Shown here one piece after another: positions 21,728 through 30,747 of a DNA stretch of 64,000 bases. Below the pieces are notes generated by a model, which was not told the origin of the DNA, did no database searches, and worked only from the letters and a program-made list of their open reading frames with translations. Within the stretch, counting starts at the first letter, position 1, and each line of letters begins with the position of its first letter. Location of the stretch: the IMG/VR virus record IMGVR_UViG_3300005542_000007, positions 77,878-141,877 of that record, one strand, 5' to 3'. The translations under genes and the position numbers were made by a program. Source of the stretch: a virus.

Positions 21728-21985
21728 ATGAGTGATTCTATTACGAGTTGTACGTTACGTAAAAATTCTGATGGCACAATTCAGATATATGATGTTACTT
21801 TTTCATTTGATAACATGAATATTCCACTTGCTTTAAATACTGTAAGCGTTGAAAGTTCACTGTTGTCTAACCCAAATGATTTAAACGAAGTGAAACTTCT
21901 AGCTTGTCAGCAAGCAAAAGCAATTAAAGAATCCTATTCAAACGTAGTTGTAATTACTGATTTGACTGGTCCTGTAACGCTATAA
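21728..21985 (+). CDS. Hypothetical protein (possible fibre chaperone)
   Basis: GAGGA RBS, follows the collar protein. Confidence 0.5.
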   Translation: MSDSITSCTLRKNSDGTIQIYDVTFSFDNMNIPLALNTVSVESSLLSNPNDLNEVKLLACQQAKAIKESYSNVVVITDLTGPVTL

Positions 21986-22034
21986 GGACTTGTTGTTTTA
22001 AGCAAAACCAGTTATACTAAAGATAAGAAAAGCG

Positions 22035-22625
22035 ATGAATCTATTCTTCGAATTATTTTATAAGCCCTGGGTTTCTATGGCATTTTATCCCATGCCTGTG
22101 GAACACTGGGCTTTTTTTAATGAAGCCCTAGCTTCTTTTCCTACAATTGAACTGCTTCCTGGATACCCTTCATCTTCTCGCCGCACTAAAAAAATTCAAC
22201 TTGTTGTGCTCCACCATACTGGAAGCCTTGACGTTTCCAAAGCACTTAAATGGTTTAATAATCCCAACAATTATGCTTCGACGCATTGGCTTGTTGATTT
22301 GGATGGACATGTGCAGCAACTTGTATCTGAAGAGAATGCATCGCTTAATATTCAAAATGCCAAATATAAGAATTCCAGACTCGTTGCAGAAATGAGTTTG
22401 GGAATACATTTGGTTGGGAATGGATTTACGCCTTTTACAGAAGCTCAATACGAGGCCGTTGCTATGCTTTGCTCTTATATACAAAGAAAGTATGGACTGA
22501 AGAATGAGGAGATTTTTAAACACGCTGAGGTTGAGACAGTGAATTCAGTTGCTCCTGCCAACGACCCCGCACCATGGGATAAAGAAAAGTTCCAAACATT
22601 GCTTGCACAATTTAAAGGAATCTGA
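22035..22625 (+). CDS. N-acetylmuramoyl-L-alanine amidase (Amidase_2-like)
   Basis: VVLHHTG, STHWLVDLDG, FTEAQY, H...DP. Preceded by TTGTTG-17-TATACT at 21990-22018. Confidence 0.75.
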   Translation: MNLFFELFYKPWVSMAFYPMPVEHWAFFNEALASFPTIELLPGYPSSSRRTKKIQLVVLHHTGSLDVSKALKWFNNPNNYASTHWLVDLDGHVQQLVSEENASLNIQNAKYKNSRLVAEMSLGIHLVGNGFTPFTEAQYEAVAMLCSYIQRKYGLKNEEIFKHAEVETVNSVAPANDPAPWDKEKFQTLLAQFKGI

Positions 22626-22631
22626 TATAAT
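22603..22631 (+). promoter_or_regulatory. Sigma70-type promoter for a probably leaderless map mRNA
   Basis: TTGCAC-17-TATAAT, with the ATG 6 nt downstream. Confidence 0.65.
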
Positions 22632-22637
22632 AGTGGT

Positions 22638-23399
22638 ATGACGATTTTCCTTAAAACAGAAGAACATTTGCAACACATAAGAAGGGCAGGTAAGATTGCT
22701 TCCACAGTCTTGTCTGCCCTTCCTCATTTTATAATTCCGGGAGCGACAACCAAATACATTGATGGAGTTGTTGAGCAGATGACACGAGAGCTTGAGGGAA
22801 TTCCAGCTTGCAAAGGATATAAAGAATTCCCAGCCGCAACTTGTATTTCGGTTAATGATGAAGCGGTTCATTGTATTCCAAGCGAAAGGGTAATTAAAGA
22901 AGGCGACGTAGTAAAGGTGGATTTTGTGGTGGATGTTAATGGTTGGAAGGCTGATACCGCTCGAACCTACCTCGTGCCGCCTATCAAACCTGAAATCCAA
23001 ACTTTTGCCGAGACCTGCTACCTTGCAATGTATGAAGGAATTAAGAAAGCAATTGATGGAAATCGAGTAAGTGATATAAGCAAAGCAATTGAAGAGTTTG
23101 TTAAGCCCAGGGGTTATGGAATCGTAAAAGCGTTCGTCGGCCATGGGATAGGAAAGAGTATTCACGAAGACCCACAAATACCCAATTATTTTGTTAAGGA
23201 GAAAGACTCGCTCCTTTGTTCTGGAATGACAATTTGTATTGAGCCAATTTTAACGCTTAATTCAGACCCTACCGTAGAAATTACAGGATGGAACACAAAA
23301 GCCAAATCCGTTGTAGCCCATTTCGAACATACCCTGTTAATCACCCCCACCAAGCCAGAAATCATTACCCTCCGAAAAGAAGAGTTAAATTTCCTCTAG
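22638..23399 (+). CDS. map: Methionine aminopeptidase type I
   Basis: CISVND..VH.IP, GDVVKVD, ADTART, GHGIG..IHEDP, IEP, AHFEHT. Confidence 0.95.
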   Translation: MTIFLKTEEHLQHIRRAGKIASTVLSALPHFIIPGATTKYIDGVVEQMTRELEGIPACKGYKEFPAATCISVNDEAVHCIPSERVIKEGDVVKVDFVVDVNGWKADTARTYLVPPIKPEIQTFAETCYLAMYEGIKKAIDGNRVSDISKAIEEFVKPRGYGIVKAFVGHGIGKSIHEDPQIPNYFVKEKDSLLCSGMTICIEPILTLNSDPTVEITGWNTKAKSVVAHFEHTLLITPTKPEIITLRKEELNFL

Positions 23400-23420
23400 A
23401 AATCATATCAAACTTTCCTA

Positions 23421-23449
23421 TTGACAAACCCCGGTTTTGGGGCTATACT
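23421..23449 (+). promoter_or_regulatory. Sigma70-type promoter
   Basis: TTGACA-17-TATACT. Confidence 0.75.
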
Positions 23450-23466
23450 TAATTAGGGAGGGAATA

Positions 23467-23958
23467 ATGAATCTACCACAAGCTGAATTTCTTGCTACGG
23501 AACTTATGCGTCAGCATGGATTGTGGGAGCAGCGTTGGAGTTTTAAATTTGATCGTTCTGTAAGGCGGCTTGGAAATTGTAATTATGGGAAGAAGATTAT
23601 TTCTTTAGGGCAACACGCTACTTTGGTAAACGATGAGGCAACTGTTCGTAATACAATCCTTCATGAAATTGCTCACGCTCTTTGTGGGTATGACGCTGGA
23701 CATGGACCCATTTGGAGGGCAAAAGCAGTTGAGATTGGGTGTGATGGGCAGCGTCTTGGAAACATTGCAAAGAAGGCTCCTCACAAATATCAAATGTATT
23801 GTATGGATTGCAATCACACTTGGATGTATTATCGAAGGCCAAAGCTGGGTCCTTGCTACATTCATAAATGCGAAAAATTGTTAAACAGAATCGGATATAC
23901 ACATGATACACCTTGGGTTCCTGTTGCTTCTAATTTGAAAGTGGAGGTATTAGCGTGA
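23467..23958 (+). CDS. SprT-like zinc metalloprotease
   Basis: RRLG.C, TILHEIAHA, HG..W, followed by a zinc ribbon. Confidence 0.85.
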   Translation: MNLPQAEFLATELMRQHGLWEQRWSFKFDRSVRRLGNCNYGKKIISLGQHATLVNDEATVRNTILHEIAHALCGYDAGHGPIWRAKAVEIGCDGQRLGNIAKKAPHKYQMYCMDCNHTWMYYRRPKLGPCYIHKCEKLLNRIGYTHDTPWVPVASNLKVEVLA

Positions 23959-24131
23959 GCTTAAATGAATATCAAAAGAAACCCACACTTACCGCAGACG
24001 GTCTTCCATGGGTACAGCAATGTTTATATTGTGGCACGTCTGTAAATTTTATTAAGGACCCGAAGAGCAGTTGGCTTAGGGTAGGGGAATTTGTTCGCCA
24101 TAAAAAATGCGATCCTCCCCCAGCGAAGTGA
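23955..24131 (+). CDS. Small Cys-containing hypothetical protein (58 aa)
   Basis: GGAGG RBS, GTGA overlaps at both ends. Confidence 0.55.
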   Translation: MSLNEYQKKPTLTADGLPWVQQCLYCGTSVNFIKDPKSSWLRVGEFVRHKKCDPPPAK

Positions 24132-24322
24132 AATACAAAGATTCAGATATTTGTGTTTGTGGCCACCGCTTTGACGACCACGATTGTCACACGGATGGAT
24201 ATTGTTTGGAATGTCTATTCTCCGATGGTATTTATGGAGATGGCGTTGATGAATGTCAAGGTTTTAAGTTGGATAATTTAAAATACGTTGAAGACAAAGC
24301 GAAGAAAAGAAAGTTGCTATGA
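24128..24322 (+). CDS. DNL-tail zinc-finger microprotein 1
   Basis: CVCGH...H...C..C...C, ending DNLKYVEDKAKKRKLL. Confidence 0.75.
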   Translation: MKYKDSDICVCGHRFDDHDCHTDGYCLECLFSDGIYGDGVDECQGFKLDNLKYVEDKAKKRKLL

Positions 24323-24966
24323 AACCAGTTTTGGATAAAGGATTTGTGGAGTTGGTTGATTCAATGGGGTCGGACCTTTCCATTGTCAGAGCCGCCAGAG
24401 TATCTTACGGCAAAACTTCTTCAGATCCTGAGAAGGATAAGAAGCTGATTAAATTCCTTTTGGCTAACGACCATGGCACCCCCTTTGAGCACGTTGCCCT
24501 CACGTTCCATGTAAAAGCTCCAATCTTTGTTGTTCGACAGTGGATGAGACACAGGATTGGAAATTCCTTCAACGAGATCAGCGGTCGGTATACAGAGATG
24601 AAAGAAGAATTTTATATTCCAAAGCAGCTTCGTACCCAGGTGGGAAAGAATTACCAGTACGAAGCTTTGATGGATAGTGTGAATTCTATTGAGAAGATTG
24701 AAGCTCATTACGAAGACACATTCAAATTATATAAGGAGCTTCTAGAATTGGGTGTGGCCAAAGAGCAAGCTCGTGCTATCCTTCCCTTGGGGCTCTATAC
24801 AGAATTTTATTGGACTGTGAATGCCCGTTCTTTGATGCACTTTATATCTTTGCGTCTTGATCCTCATGCCCAGGAAGAGATTAGAGATTACGCTGTCGCT
24901 TTGCTCGAATATTTTAAAGAGGTTCTGCCTTGGACAGCAGAAGCATTTTTGGAGAAGAATAAGTGA
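24319..24966 (+). CDS. thyX: Flavin-dependent thymidylate synthase
   Basis: AARVS, H.TPFE, RQWMRHR..SFNE.S.RY, EQAR..LP, NARSL, AQ.EIR. Confidence 0.95.
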   Translation: MKPVLDKGFVELVDSMGSDLSIVRAARVSYGKTSSDPEKDKKLIKFLLANDHGTPFEHVALTFHVKAPIFVVRQWMRHRIGNSFNEISGRYTEMKEEFYIPKQLRTQVGKNYQYEALMDSVNSIEKIEAHYEDTFKLYKELLELGVAKEQARAILPLGLYTEFYWTVNARSLMHFISLRLDPHAQEEIRDYAVALLEYFKEVLPWTAEAFLEKNK

Positions 24967-25193
24967 TGGAACTTCTGTGCAAATGTGGACACAGAGATAC
25001 AATGCATTCTACATTAGAAGATGCACTTAAGTACCGCCAGAATATTGGTAGGTTATGCACTGAATATGCAGACTATCCTAATTACGATGCTCCTTATTTA
25101 CACGCAACAGAAGAAATTTGTATATGTGATAACTTTATAGCAGATAATTTATTGTCGATTGAACGAGAAGTAAAGAAGAGAAATTTGGTATGA
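24963..25193 (+). CDS. DNL-tail microprotein 2
   Basis: CKCGH...CIC, ending DNLLSIEREVKKRNLV. Confidence 0.75.
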   Translation: MMELLCKCGHRDTMHSTLEDALKYRQNIGRLCTEYADYPNYDAPYLHATEEICICDNFIADNLLSIEREVKKRNLV

Positions 25194-25378
25194 TGTGTTG
25201 GCGATGTGGGCATCAAAAGAGAGGACACGAAGCAGAACCAATAACTGAGTATAAGGAAGTATGTTGGGATTGTTGGTTTGATAAAGATACACTTGAAAAA
25301 CGTTTAAAAGCTTGGTATAAATTTGAAGATAACTTGAGTTATATAGAACGCAAAGCTAAGGAAAAGAAACTGATTTGA
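25190..25378 (+). CDS. DNL-tail microprotein 3
   Basis: CWRCGH...CWDC, ending DNLSYIERKAKEKKLI. Confidence 0.75.
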   Translation: MMCWRCGHQKRGHEAEPITEYKEVCWDCWFDKDTLEKRLKAWYKFEDNLSYIERKAKEKKLI

Positions 25379-25387
25379 GATTCATTC

Positions 25388-25459
25388 GCTCTCATGGTGT
25401 AACGGTTAGCACGGTACCCTGTCAAGGTATTAGCACGAGTTCGATTCTCGTTGGGAGCG
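25388..25459 (+). tRNA. tRNA-Asp(GTC)
   Basis: Acceptor GCTCTCA/TGGGAGC, anticodon loop CTGTCAA, TTCGA T-loop, CCA not encoded. Confidence 0.9.
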
Positions 25460-25473
25460 GAAGAATCTTTAGA

Positions 25474-25548
25474 TGCTCCATAGCACAATGGTAGTGCAAT
25501 CCCCTGTTAAGGGAAAGGTTCTAGGTTCGAATCCTAGTGGAGCAGCCA
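25474..25548 (+). tRNA. tRNA-Asn(GTT)
   Basis: Acceptor TGCTCCA/TGGAGCA, loop CTGTTAA, GGTTCGAATCC, CCA encoded. Confidence 0.92.
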
Positions 25549-25566
25549 AGGATTTGGAAGATGATA

Positions 25567-25639
25567 GCCCGGATAGCTCAACTGGTAGAGCAACCCCTTT
25601 GTAAGGGGAAGGTTGTAGGTTCGATTCCTATTCTGGGCT
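25567..25639 (+). tRNA. tRNA-Thr(TGT)
   Basis: Acceptor GCCCGGA/TCTGGGC, loop TTTGTAA, GGTTCGATTCC. Confidence 0.92.
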
Positions 25640-25649
25640 GTGATCTTCT

Positions 25650-27044
25650 ATGATTAAAATCAATATCGAAAACGTTAAGTCGAATCTCGAAGGGGATCTT
25701 GACCCAAAAGTAATTTCTGCTATATATAATAAATTGGCAGCAGAGGTTCAGGGTTCTTTTTATGCCCGAAAACAAAACCCCTGGTGGGACGGAAAGAAAC
25801 ATTTCTTCACTAAGGTTGGTAAGGCTTTTATGACAGGTTTGATTTGGATGGTGCGTGAAACTCTAGACAAACACCACGTTCAGTACGAATATAACGACCT
25901 TAGAATAAAGCCCAACCCAAAGAAAGAATTGCCTTTGCACAACGTTACCCTTCGTGCCTACCAGCAATCCATTGTTGATGAGGCAGTAAAGAAAGAGCGA
26001 GGTGTGATTCGTGTTTCAACAGGTGGCGGTAAGACAACCATCATTGCAGCTTTAGTTGGGAAACTTAATTTCACAACCCTCATCCTGATTCATCGCCAGG
26101 AAATTATGGCGCAGATTAAAGAGACACTTGAACGCATCCTTCAAATTCCCATTGGAACCGTCGGCGCTGGTACAGTCGATATTCAGCGTGTTACAATTGC
26201 TATGGTTCAAAGTGCCCATGAGTTGAAAGAGTTTCTACCCACTGTTGATGTTTTGATTGGAGATGAAGGACACCATGCTCCTGCTGAAACTTATTGGCAG
26301 GTTGCAGAAGCTTGTCCAAATGCGTATTACCGATATCTTTTTACTGGAAGTGACTGGCGGGAAGATAATATGGATATAATGTTGGATGGATTCGCCGCCA
26401 AGAAGTTCGTTGATATCAACGCTTCCAAGTTAATCGATGATGGTTGGTTGGTTCCACCAACAATTTACTTGTATGATTTTCAGCATGAACGTAAGAACCG
26501 CAAAGGGGTTCGTTATCCTAAAATTTACAATGAAGAGGTGACGAACAATTTAAAAAGGAACCAGCTTGTTGTGGACCTTGCGATGAGGTCGGTGGAGGCT
26601 GGTAAGAGTACATTAATTTTAATAAATTACATCGAACATGGGGAGAACCTTTTAACCCTTTTAAAAGCGGTTTACCCAGATATCGAGTTCATCCATGGGA
26701 GTACGGAAGTTGGAAAGAGACAGAAGGTGCTCCAGGAGTTCAAGGAAGGCACCAGGAAGCTCCTTTTAGCGTCAAATATCCTTGGAGAGGGTGTGGACAT
26801 CCCAAAGCTGGAAGTACTCATTACAGCAAGGGCTGAAGCCTCTACAATTGCAGCCTACCAAGCATTGGGAAGAACGCTCAGGCCGTCAGAGGGTAAAACC
26901 AAAGCAATTATAATTGATCTTTTCGATTCTGATTGTAAGTATTTAGAAAGTCATGCTTCAGCGCGTTTAAAAATCTACGCTTCGGAACCCAGGTATAAAA
27001 TTGTTCCAGTGAGTGATTTGAATGGGGTAAAATTCGATGCTTGA
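25650..27044 (+). CDS. Superfamily 2 DNA helicase (UvsW-like)
   Basis: LRAYQ, TGGGKT, DEGHH, EGVDIP, QALGRTLR. Confidence 0.9.
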   Translation: MIKINIENVKSNLEGDLDPKVISAIYNKLAAEVQGSFYARKQNPWWDGKKHFFTKVGKAFMTGLIWMVRETLDKHHVQYEYNDLRIKPNPKKELPLHNVTLRAYQQSIVDEAVKKERGVIRVSTGGGKTTIIAALVGKLNFTTLILIHRQEIMAQIKETLERILQIPIGTVGAGTVDIQRVTIAMVQSAHELKEFLPTVDVLIGDEGHHAPAETYWQVAEACPNAYYRYLFTGSDWREDNMDIMLDGFAAKKFVDINASKLIDDGWLVPPTIYLYDFQHERKNRKGVRYPKIYNEEVTNNLKRNQLVVDLAMRSVEAGKSTLILINYIEHGENLLTLLKAVYPDIEFIHGSTEVGKRQKVLQEFKEGTRKLLLASNILGEGVDIPKLEVLITARAEASTIAAYQALGRTLRPSEGKTKAIIIDLFDSDCKYLESHASARLKIYASEPRYKIVPVSDLNGVKFDA

Positions 27045-27396
27045 TCCAAAAGATGTGGAGAGTGTAGTAAATAAATCTGATATGGTTTTGGATGTTTTAA
27101 ATAAGCGTAGCAAAGTGGTTTTTAAAGTTCCTCTGGTAAGAATCAGAGTAGCTTTTTTTGGGTACCAATATGTTTGGGGAGAACTGAATCGAGCTAAACT
27201 GACATCCGAACTTTTGGATTTGGGATTCGACAATCTTACCCTTACTTTAATTATTGAAGGTATTATTCATTTAAAAAGAAAAGTAACACAATGGAAGGAA
27301 AGTCCCAAACGTATAACCGATCCTCTTGAATTGGCAAGAATGGAAACACAAGTAAAAAAGCGTGTTCGTTTTAATACCGCTAGAGGTAAATTTTAA
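27037..27396 (+). CDS. Hypothetical protein
   Basis: Overlapping ORF in the operon. Confidence 0.55.
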   Translation: MLDPKDVESVVNKSDMVLDVLNKRSKVVFKVPLVRIRVAFFGYQYVWGELNRAKLTSELLDLGFDNLTLTLIIEGIIHLKRKVTQWKESPKRITDPLELARMETQVKKRVRFNTARGKF

Positions 27397-27581
27397 TGGT
27401 TGAGTATTGCACCTGTGGGCATACGAAAGAATGCCACGCAATACTTCATGGTCCTCACGGTATTAAGAATTTGGCGTTGTGTTTAAACTGTGTAAATAAA
27501 AATGAGATCGCCTCCCATTCTTTTAAACTTGACAATCTTAAATTAATCGAAGACTTAGCCAAAGAGAAAGGATTAGTATGA
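27396..27581 (+). CDS. DNL-tail microprotein 4
   Basis: CTCGH...H...CLNC, ending DNLKLIEDLAKEKGLV. Confidence 0.78.
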   Translation: MVEYCTCGHTKECHAILHGPHGIKNLALCLNCVNKNEIASHSFKLDNLKLIEDLAKEKGLV

Positions 27582-28246
27582 TAAAAATAGTGGCTATTTC
27601 CGATACCCATCTTTCGCACAACCAATTAGAAATTCCTGAGTGCGACCTTTTGATCCATTCAGGAGATTTTTCATTTGTAGGAAAAATGGTTGATGTGCTA
27701 GACGTGAACCAATGGTTTGGGAAGTTGAAAGCAAGTGGTAAGGTAAAAGAGATTGTAGCAATCGCTGGCAATCATGATTGGATAGGACAGACAAACCCCA
27801 GTTGGACAAAAGAAGCTTTTACCAATTGTATTTACTTGGATGAAGAACCTTGTGAAGTGTTTGGGTTCAAAGTGTTTGGGTCGGCATGGAGTCCAGAATT
27901 TAATAATTGGGCGTTCAATGCAAAACGAGGAAAAGAGATAGCTCGACACTGGAGTAAGATTCCCGATGATACGGAAATCCTCGTAACGCATGGACCGCCT
28001 ATGGGAATCTTGGATATTAACACAGAAGAGATTTACAGCAAACCTTTGGGCCCGGAACATTTGGGATGTGAGGAGCTTAGGAAGCGAGTGAAGAAATTGA
28101 AAGAGTTAAAGCTGCATGTTTTCGGCCACATACATTCTTCCAATGGAATGGATACGGTCGATGGTGTTCAGTTTGTTAATGCCTCAGTCTTAAACGAATC
28201 CTACGAAGTAGTTTACCCACCTAGAGTAATTCACCTCGAAAAATAG
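27578..28246 (+). CDS. Calcineurin-like metallophosphoesterase
   Basis: SDTH, HSGD, AGNHD, THGPP, FGHIH. Confidence 0.92.
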   Translation: MIKIVAISDTHLSHNQLEIPECDLLIHSGDFSFVGKMVDVLDVNQWFGKLKASGKVKEIVAIAGNHDWIGQTNPSWTKEAFTNCIYLDEEPCEVFGFKVFGSAWSPEFNNWAFNAKRGKEIARHWSKIPDDTEILVTHGPPMGILDINTEEIYSKPLGPEHLGCEELRKRVKKLKELKLHVFGHIHSSNGMDTVDGVQFVNASVLNESYEVVYPPRVIHLEK

Positions 28247-28260
28247 CATCAAATTACCTC

Positions 28261-28289
28261 TTGACAAAATACCCTTTTCCTGCTAAACT
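28261..28289 (+). promoter_or_regulatory. Sigma70-type promoter
   Basis: TTGACA-17-TAAACT with an extended TG. Confidence 0.7.
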
Positions 28290-28294
28290 AAAGC

Positions 28295-28456
28295 GTGGAA
28301 GAAAAGCTCTGCGAATTCTGCAAGCATAAAGCAAGTGATCACATCCTGGCGAATGCTGGTGCTTGTGGTGATGCAGAATGTTGCGGAAGTGAATACGAAT
28401 TTTGCTATGAATGTGGAGAACGTTGCAGTGGCTTTGATTTAAAGTGGAGGTATTGA
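28295..28456 (+). CDS. Cys/His-rich microprotein related to the DNL family but lacking the tail
   Basis: MEEKLCEFCKHKASDH...CYEC...CSGFDLKWRY. Confidence 0.6.
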   Translation: MEEKLCEFCKHKASDHILANAGACGDAECCGSEYEFCYECGERCSGFDLKWRY

Positions 28457-28970
28457 AAATGAATCAGAAAGAAGCTTTGAAAAGAGTTATGGCTTTGGTA
28501 GAACACGAGGATCGAAAAGAAGTACTCTTTCTTCTAAAAAGATGCCGTAAGCATCTTGTGAAACAATGGGGAGAAGATGATGGATTTATCCAACGGCTTG
28601 ATACAGCTATCGCGCAAATGGAGGGAAAATAGCATGGAAAGACAATTGACCGAATTCCAAAATGCAATTATAAGCGTAGTTCATACTGAGCCCGATTATA
28701 GTTTTGTACAAGTGGAGAGAAAAGCTATTCTAAGAATGGCTCAACGAGGATTGGTAAAGCTTAAAACAAATTCGAATGGACTTACTGGAGCCACGGTTAC
28801 AGCCAAAGGTGAAAAGCTTTATGGTTGGAAAGTGGCATGAATATTCCTATTATTTCCAAATGGTTGAAGTCTCGTGAGAATAAAAAAGTTGTTGCGGCTT
28901 TCCTTAAATTGGAAATGAGAAAAGCTAGGATCATTGATTATAAAAGAAAATACAATATTAAAGATCCCAA

Positions 28971-29951
28971 ATGAACAAAATCCTCGAAGTTAAATTTGGC
29001 AGTCACCTCTATGGAACGGATACCCCCGAAAGCGATCTCGATTTTAAAGGTATTTATTTACCAGACGCTCATCAAATTGTTTTGGGCAGAGCCAGTAAGA
29101 ATGTCAGCACAAGCCGTTCAAAGCAAGAGTTTGAGAAGAATAGTAAAGATGATGTAGACCGAGAAACTTTCAGTCTCAAGGAATATTTGAAGCTCCTTTG
29201 TGAGGGACAAACTGTTGCTCTGGACATGCTTTTCTCTCCCGAATCCTTTCATGTATTTAAAGGGGAAAATACTTACGTTTTGTTTCAATACATTTATCAG
29301 AATAAAGATAAAATCCTTTCCAAAGGTATTTTGAGTTTTGTCGGATACGCACAAAAACAAGCTTCGAAATACGGTATTAAAGGTTCTCGTGTTCGAGCAG
29401 TGAAAGATACAATTGAGTTTTTGAATGGCATTAAAGACGAGCAATCGCTGTTGAAAGAGATTCGAGTAGTACTAGATTCTTTTGTTGCCAGGGGCGATGA
29501 GTTCATCAAATACGTTGAGATGACAGATCCCAACAATGTTCTGGTTACTTATTTTGAAGTGTGTAACCGTAAATTTCAAATGACGAACTCTGTTAAATAT
29601 GTGTTGTCCATCCTAAATAGAATTTACAATGAATATGGACAACGGGCAAAGTTGGCTGAAGTTAACGATGGGATTGATTGGAAGGCGCTGAGTCATGCCG
29701 TGCGCGTAAATTTTGAAGGACAGGAATTGTTAAAGACTGGGTTCATTACTTTTCCCTGCCCGGAGAGAAAGCTCCTTCTGGATATCAAAACAGGCAAGGT
29801 ACCGTATAAAGAAGTAGAGGTATTAATTGAGACTGGATTGCAGGATTTAGAAACAGCACAGAAAGCTTCTAAGCTGCCAGAGAAGCCCGATTTGGAATGG
29901 GCTGATAATTTCTTATACGATGTTTACAGCGATATTGTGAAACGAGGATAA
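28971..29951 (+). CDS. Pol-beta-superfamily nucleotidyltransferase
   Basis: GSHLYGT.TPESDLD motif, DWKALSHAVR. Confidence 0.85.
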   Translation: MNKILEVKFGSHLYGTDTPESDLDFKGIYLPDAHQIVLGRASKNVSTSRSKQEFEKNSKDDVDRETFSLKEYLKLLCEGQTVALDMLFSPESFHVFKGENTYVLFQYIYQNKDKILSKGILSFVGYAQKQASKYGIKGSRVRAVKDTIEFLNGIKDEQSLLKEIRVVLDSFVARGDEFIKYVEMTDPNNVLVTYFEVCNRKFQMTNSVKYVLSILNRIYNEYGQRAKLAEVNDGIDWKALSHAVRVNFEGQELLKTGFITFPCPERKLLLDIKTGKVPYKEVEVLIETGLQDLETAQKASKLPEKPDLEWADNFLYDVYSDIVKRG

Positions 29952-29954
29952 AGA

Positions 29955-30278
29955 ATGAATACAATAACACGTCAAGAAGCTACAGAAGAGCAACTAGAAG
30001 AAATTCATCACCATATTCACGCTTACATGGATTCTCTCGCAGAGTGTTTAGAGGGCGTTGATGTCGCAGGTATCCCGGTGGCTGACGGCATTAAAATGAT
30101 CCTGGGAGTGGGGGTGAAGGCAGGGGCTTTGGGTAAGTTTGAGAACTTAAATATTACGGATTCTGAGGTGTCTTTTGACGCTTGGATCAGAATTGGAATG
30201 AACAATCCTGGGCTTTATTACAAGTTAAAAACAGTCATAAATATAGACGAAAAACGAGCTAGTGTAATTGAGTATTAA
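29955..30278 (+). CDS. Hypothetical protein
   Basis: ORF with GAGGA RBS. Confidence 0.5.
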   Translation: MNTITRQEATEEQLEEIHHHIHAYMDSLAECLEGVDVAGIPVADGIKMILGVGVKAGALGKFENLNITDSEVSFDAWIRIGMNNPGLYYKLKTVINIDEKRASVIEY

Positions 30279-30286
30279 AATAACCC

Positions 30287-30315
30287 TTGACAAACGTAAA
30301 ATTATCTGCTAAACT
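30287..30315 (+). promoter_or_regulatory. Sigma70-type promoter
   Basis: TTGACA-17-TAAACT with an extended TG. Confidence 0.7.
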
Positions 30316-30747
30316 ATACTAGGAGGGAATGAAAATGGACTACAGAAATCTGAAAATTCTTCTGCTTGGAATATTGCTTGGAGCGATGCTCTTAGCAGGT
30401 GGGATGGTATTCAACGCGCTATCGAATATGTTCCACAATCTTCAAGTTAAATACACTGAACAAGGAGTGCTTTTAAAACTATGAGTTTACTAAAATGTGT
30501 GCATTGTAAAGTGTTTTTAATTCACAGTCAAGATGAGCTTAAAAGGCATGAAGCTAAATATCACGATTACCAAGTTTCTAATTATGAGCCGCACCATCAT
30601 CGTCCTTTGAGCAAAGAAGAATTCAAAGCGATTGTGGTTCGTGGAGAAGAGAAGTTTAAACACGCTATTATTACAACGCCTGATTTAGTAAAGTAGTAGA
30701 TGTACTGGCTAAGGCCAGCAATGACAACACGAAAGGAAGAAATTAAC

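Noticed and set aside
27220-27260. FDNL motif in ORF 27037-27396
   Set aside because: It is internal and lacks the [IV]E..A...L pattern and terminal spacing, so probably chance.
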